A stretch of 64,000 nt of DNA, taken from positions 811 through 64,810 of IMG/VR virus record IMGVR_UViG_3300028804_000005, one strand, 5' to 3'. The stretch's first letter is position 1, and each line of letters starts with the position of its first letter. Source of the DNA: a virus. The notes under the pieces were generated by a model. It was not told the origin of the DNA, ran no database searches, and saw only the letters and a program-made list of their open reading frames with translations. Positions 63,732-64,000 of this stretch are shown in pieces. A program made the position numbers and the translations under genes.

Positions 63732-64000
63732 CGTCGTCCTTGAGCTCTGGGATGTCCTGGCGAACCGCCAGGTGCCCGCCGAGCTGCGCCATGACGAAGA
63801 GCTTCTCGGCCTTGTCGGCCAGCTCTTCGGGGGCGAGCGCGTCGAGGTAGTAGTCCCGGACCTTGACCCGCGCGTCTTCGAGCGAATCAATCCCGTCGAT
63901 CACGTCGAGCAGCCCGTTGAGGAAGCCCTCGAGCGCCTCGGAGCCGCGCTCGGCGCCCCGGTCCGCCAGGGTGTCTGCGTAGGTCTGGCCCTCCACGAAG
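63715..64000 (-). CDS. Portal protein C-terminus (Mu gp29-like, partial)
   Basis: DSLEDAR..Y..L..EELA....LFVMAQLGG tail typical of Mu-like portals; upstream of gpF. Confidence 0.7.
   Translation of the reverse strand, partial: FVEGQTYADTLADRGAERGSEALEGFLNGLLDVIDGIDSLEDARVKVRDYYLDALAPEELADKAEKLFVMAQLGGHLAVRQDIPELKDDDGRTD

Overview
The whole window is a high-GC tailed phage with a contractile tail, and it appears to be a nearly complete, circularly permuted genome. It opens in the first 21 codons of a minus-strand gene just downstream of terL and closes in the C-terminus of a Mu gp29-like portal gene, so these are probably the two ends of one gene. The layout is lambdoid. A divergent cro/cI-like switch sits at about 22 kb. 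A long leftward operon carries replication initiator, DnaB, RusA-like resolvase, SF2 helicase, two adenine methyltransferases, an HD hydrolase, DUF5131/DUF1643 and HNH, and runs into terS/terL. A rightward early operon carries a putative annealing protein, SbcD, SbcC and HNH. A leftward late operon carries Mu-like head genes with a ClpP protease, sheath, tube, tape measure, baseplate, fibre and accessory virion genes, lysis genes, a dNMP kinase, a metallophosphoesterase and an HslV-like peptidase. I found no integrase, transposase, ParA, tRNA, CRISPR array or reverse transcriptase. The most notable points are: a tail-sheath-type beta domain inserted in the major capsid protein; a methyltransferase with a peptide-repeat insert; GATC sites at the centre of the cro operator and beside the origin iterons; leaderless antisense genes inside the late operon; several structured intergenic RNAs; a radical-SAM/methylase cassette; and many deletion scars, including in the repressor. 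All family assignments come from motif recognition by eye, not database searches. The host is unknown; lipoprotein and spanin-like genes suggest a high-GC Gram-negative bacterium.
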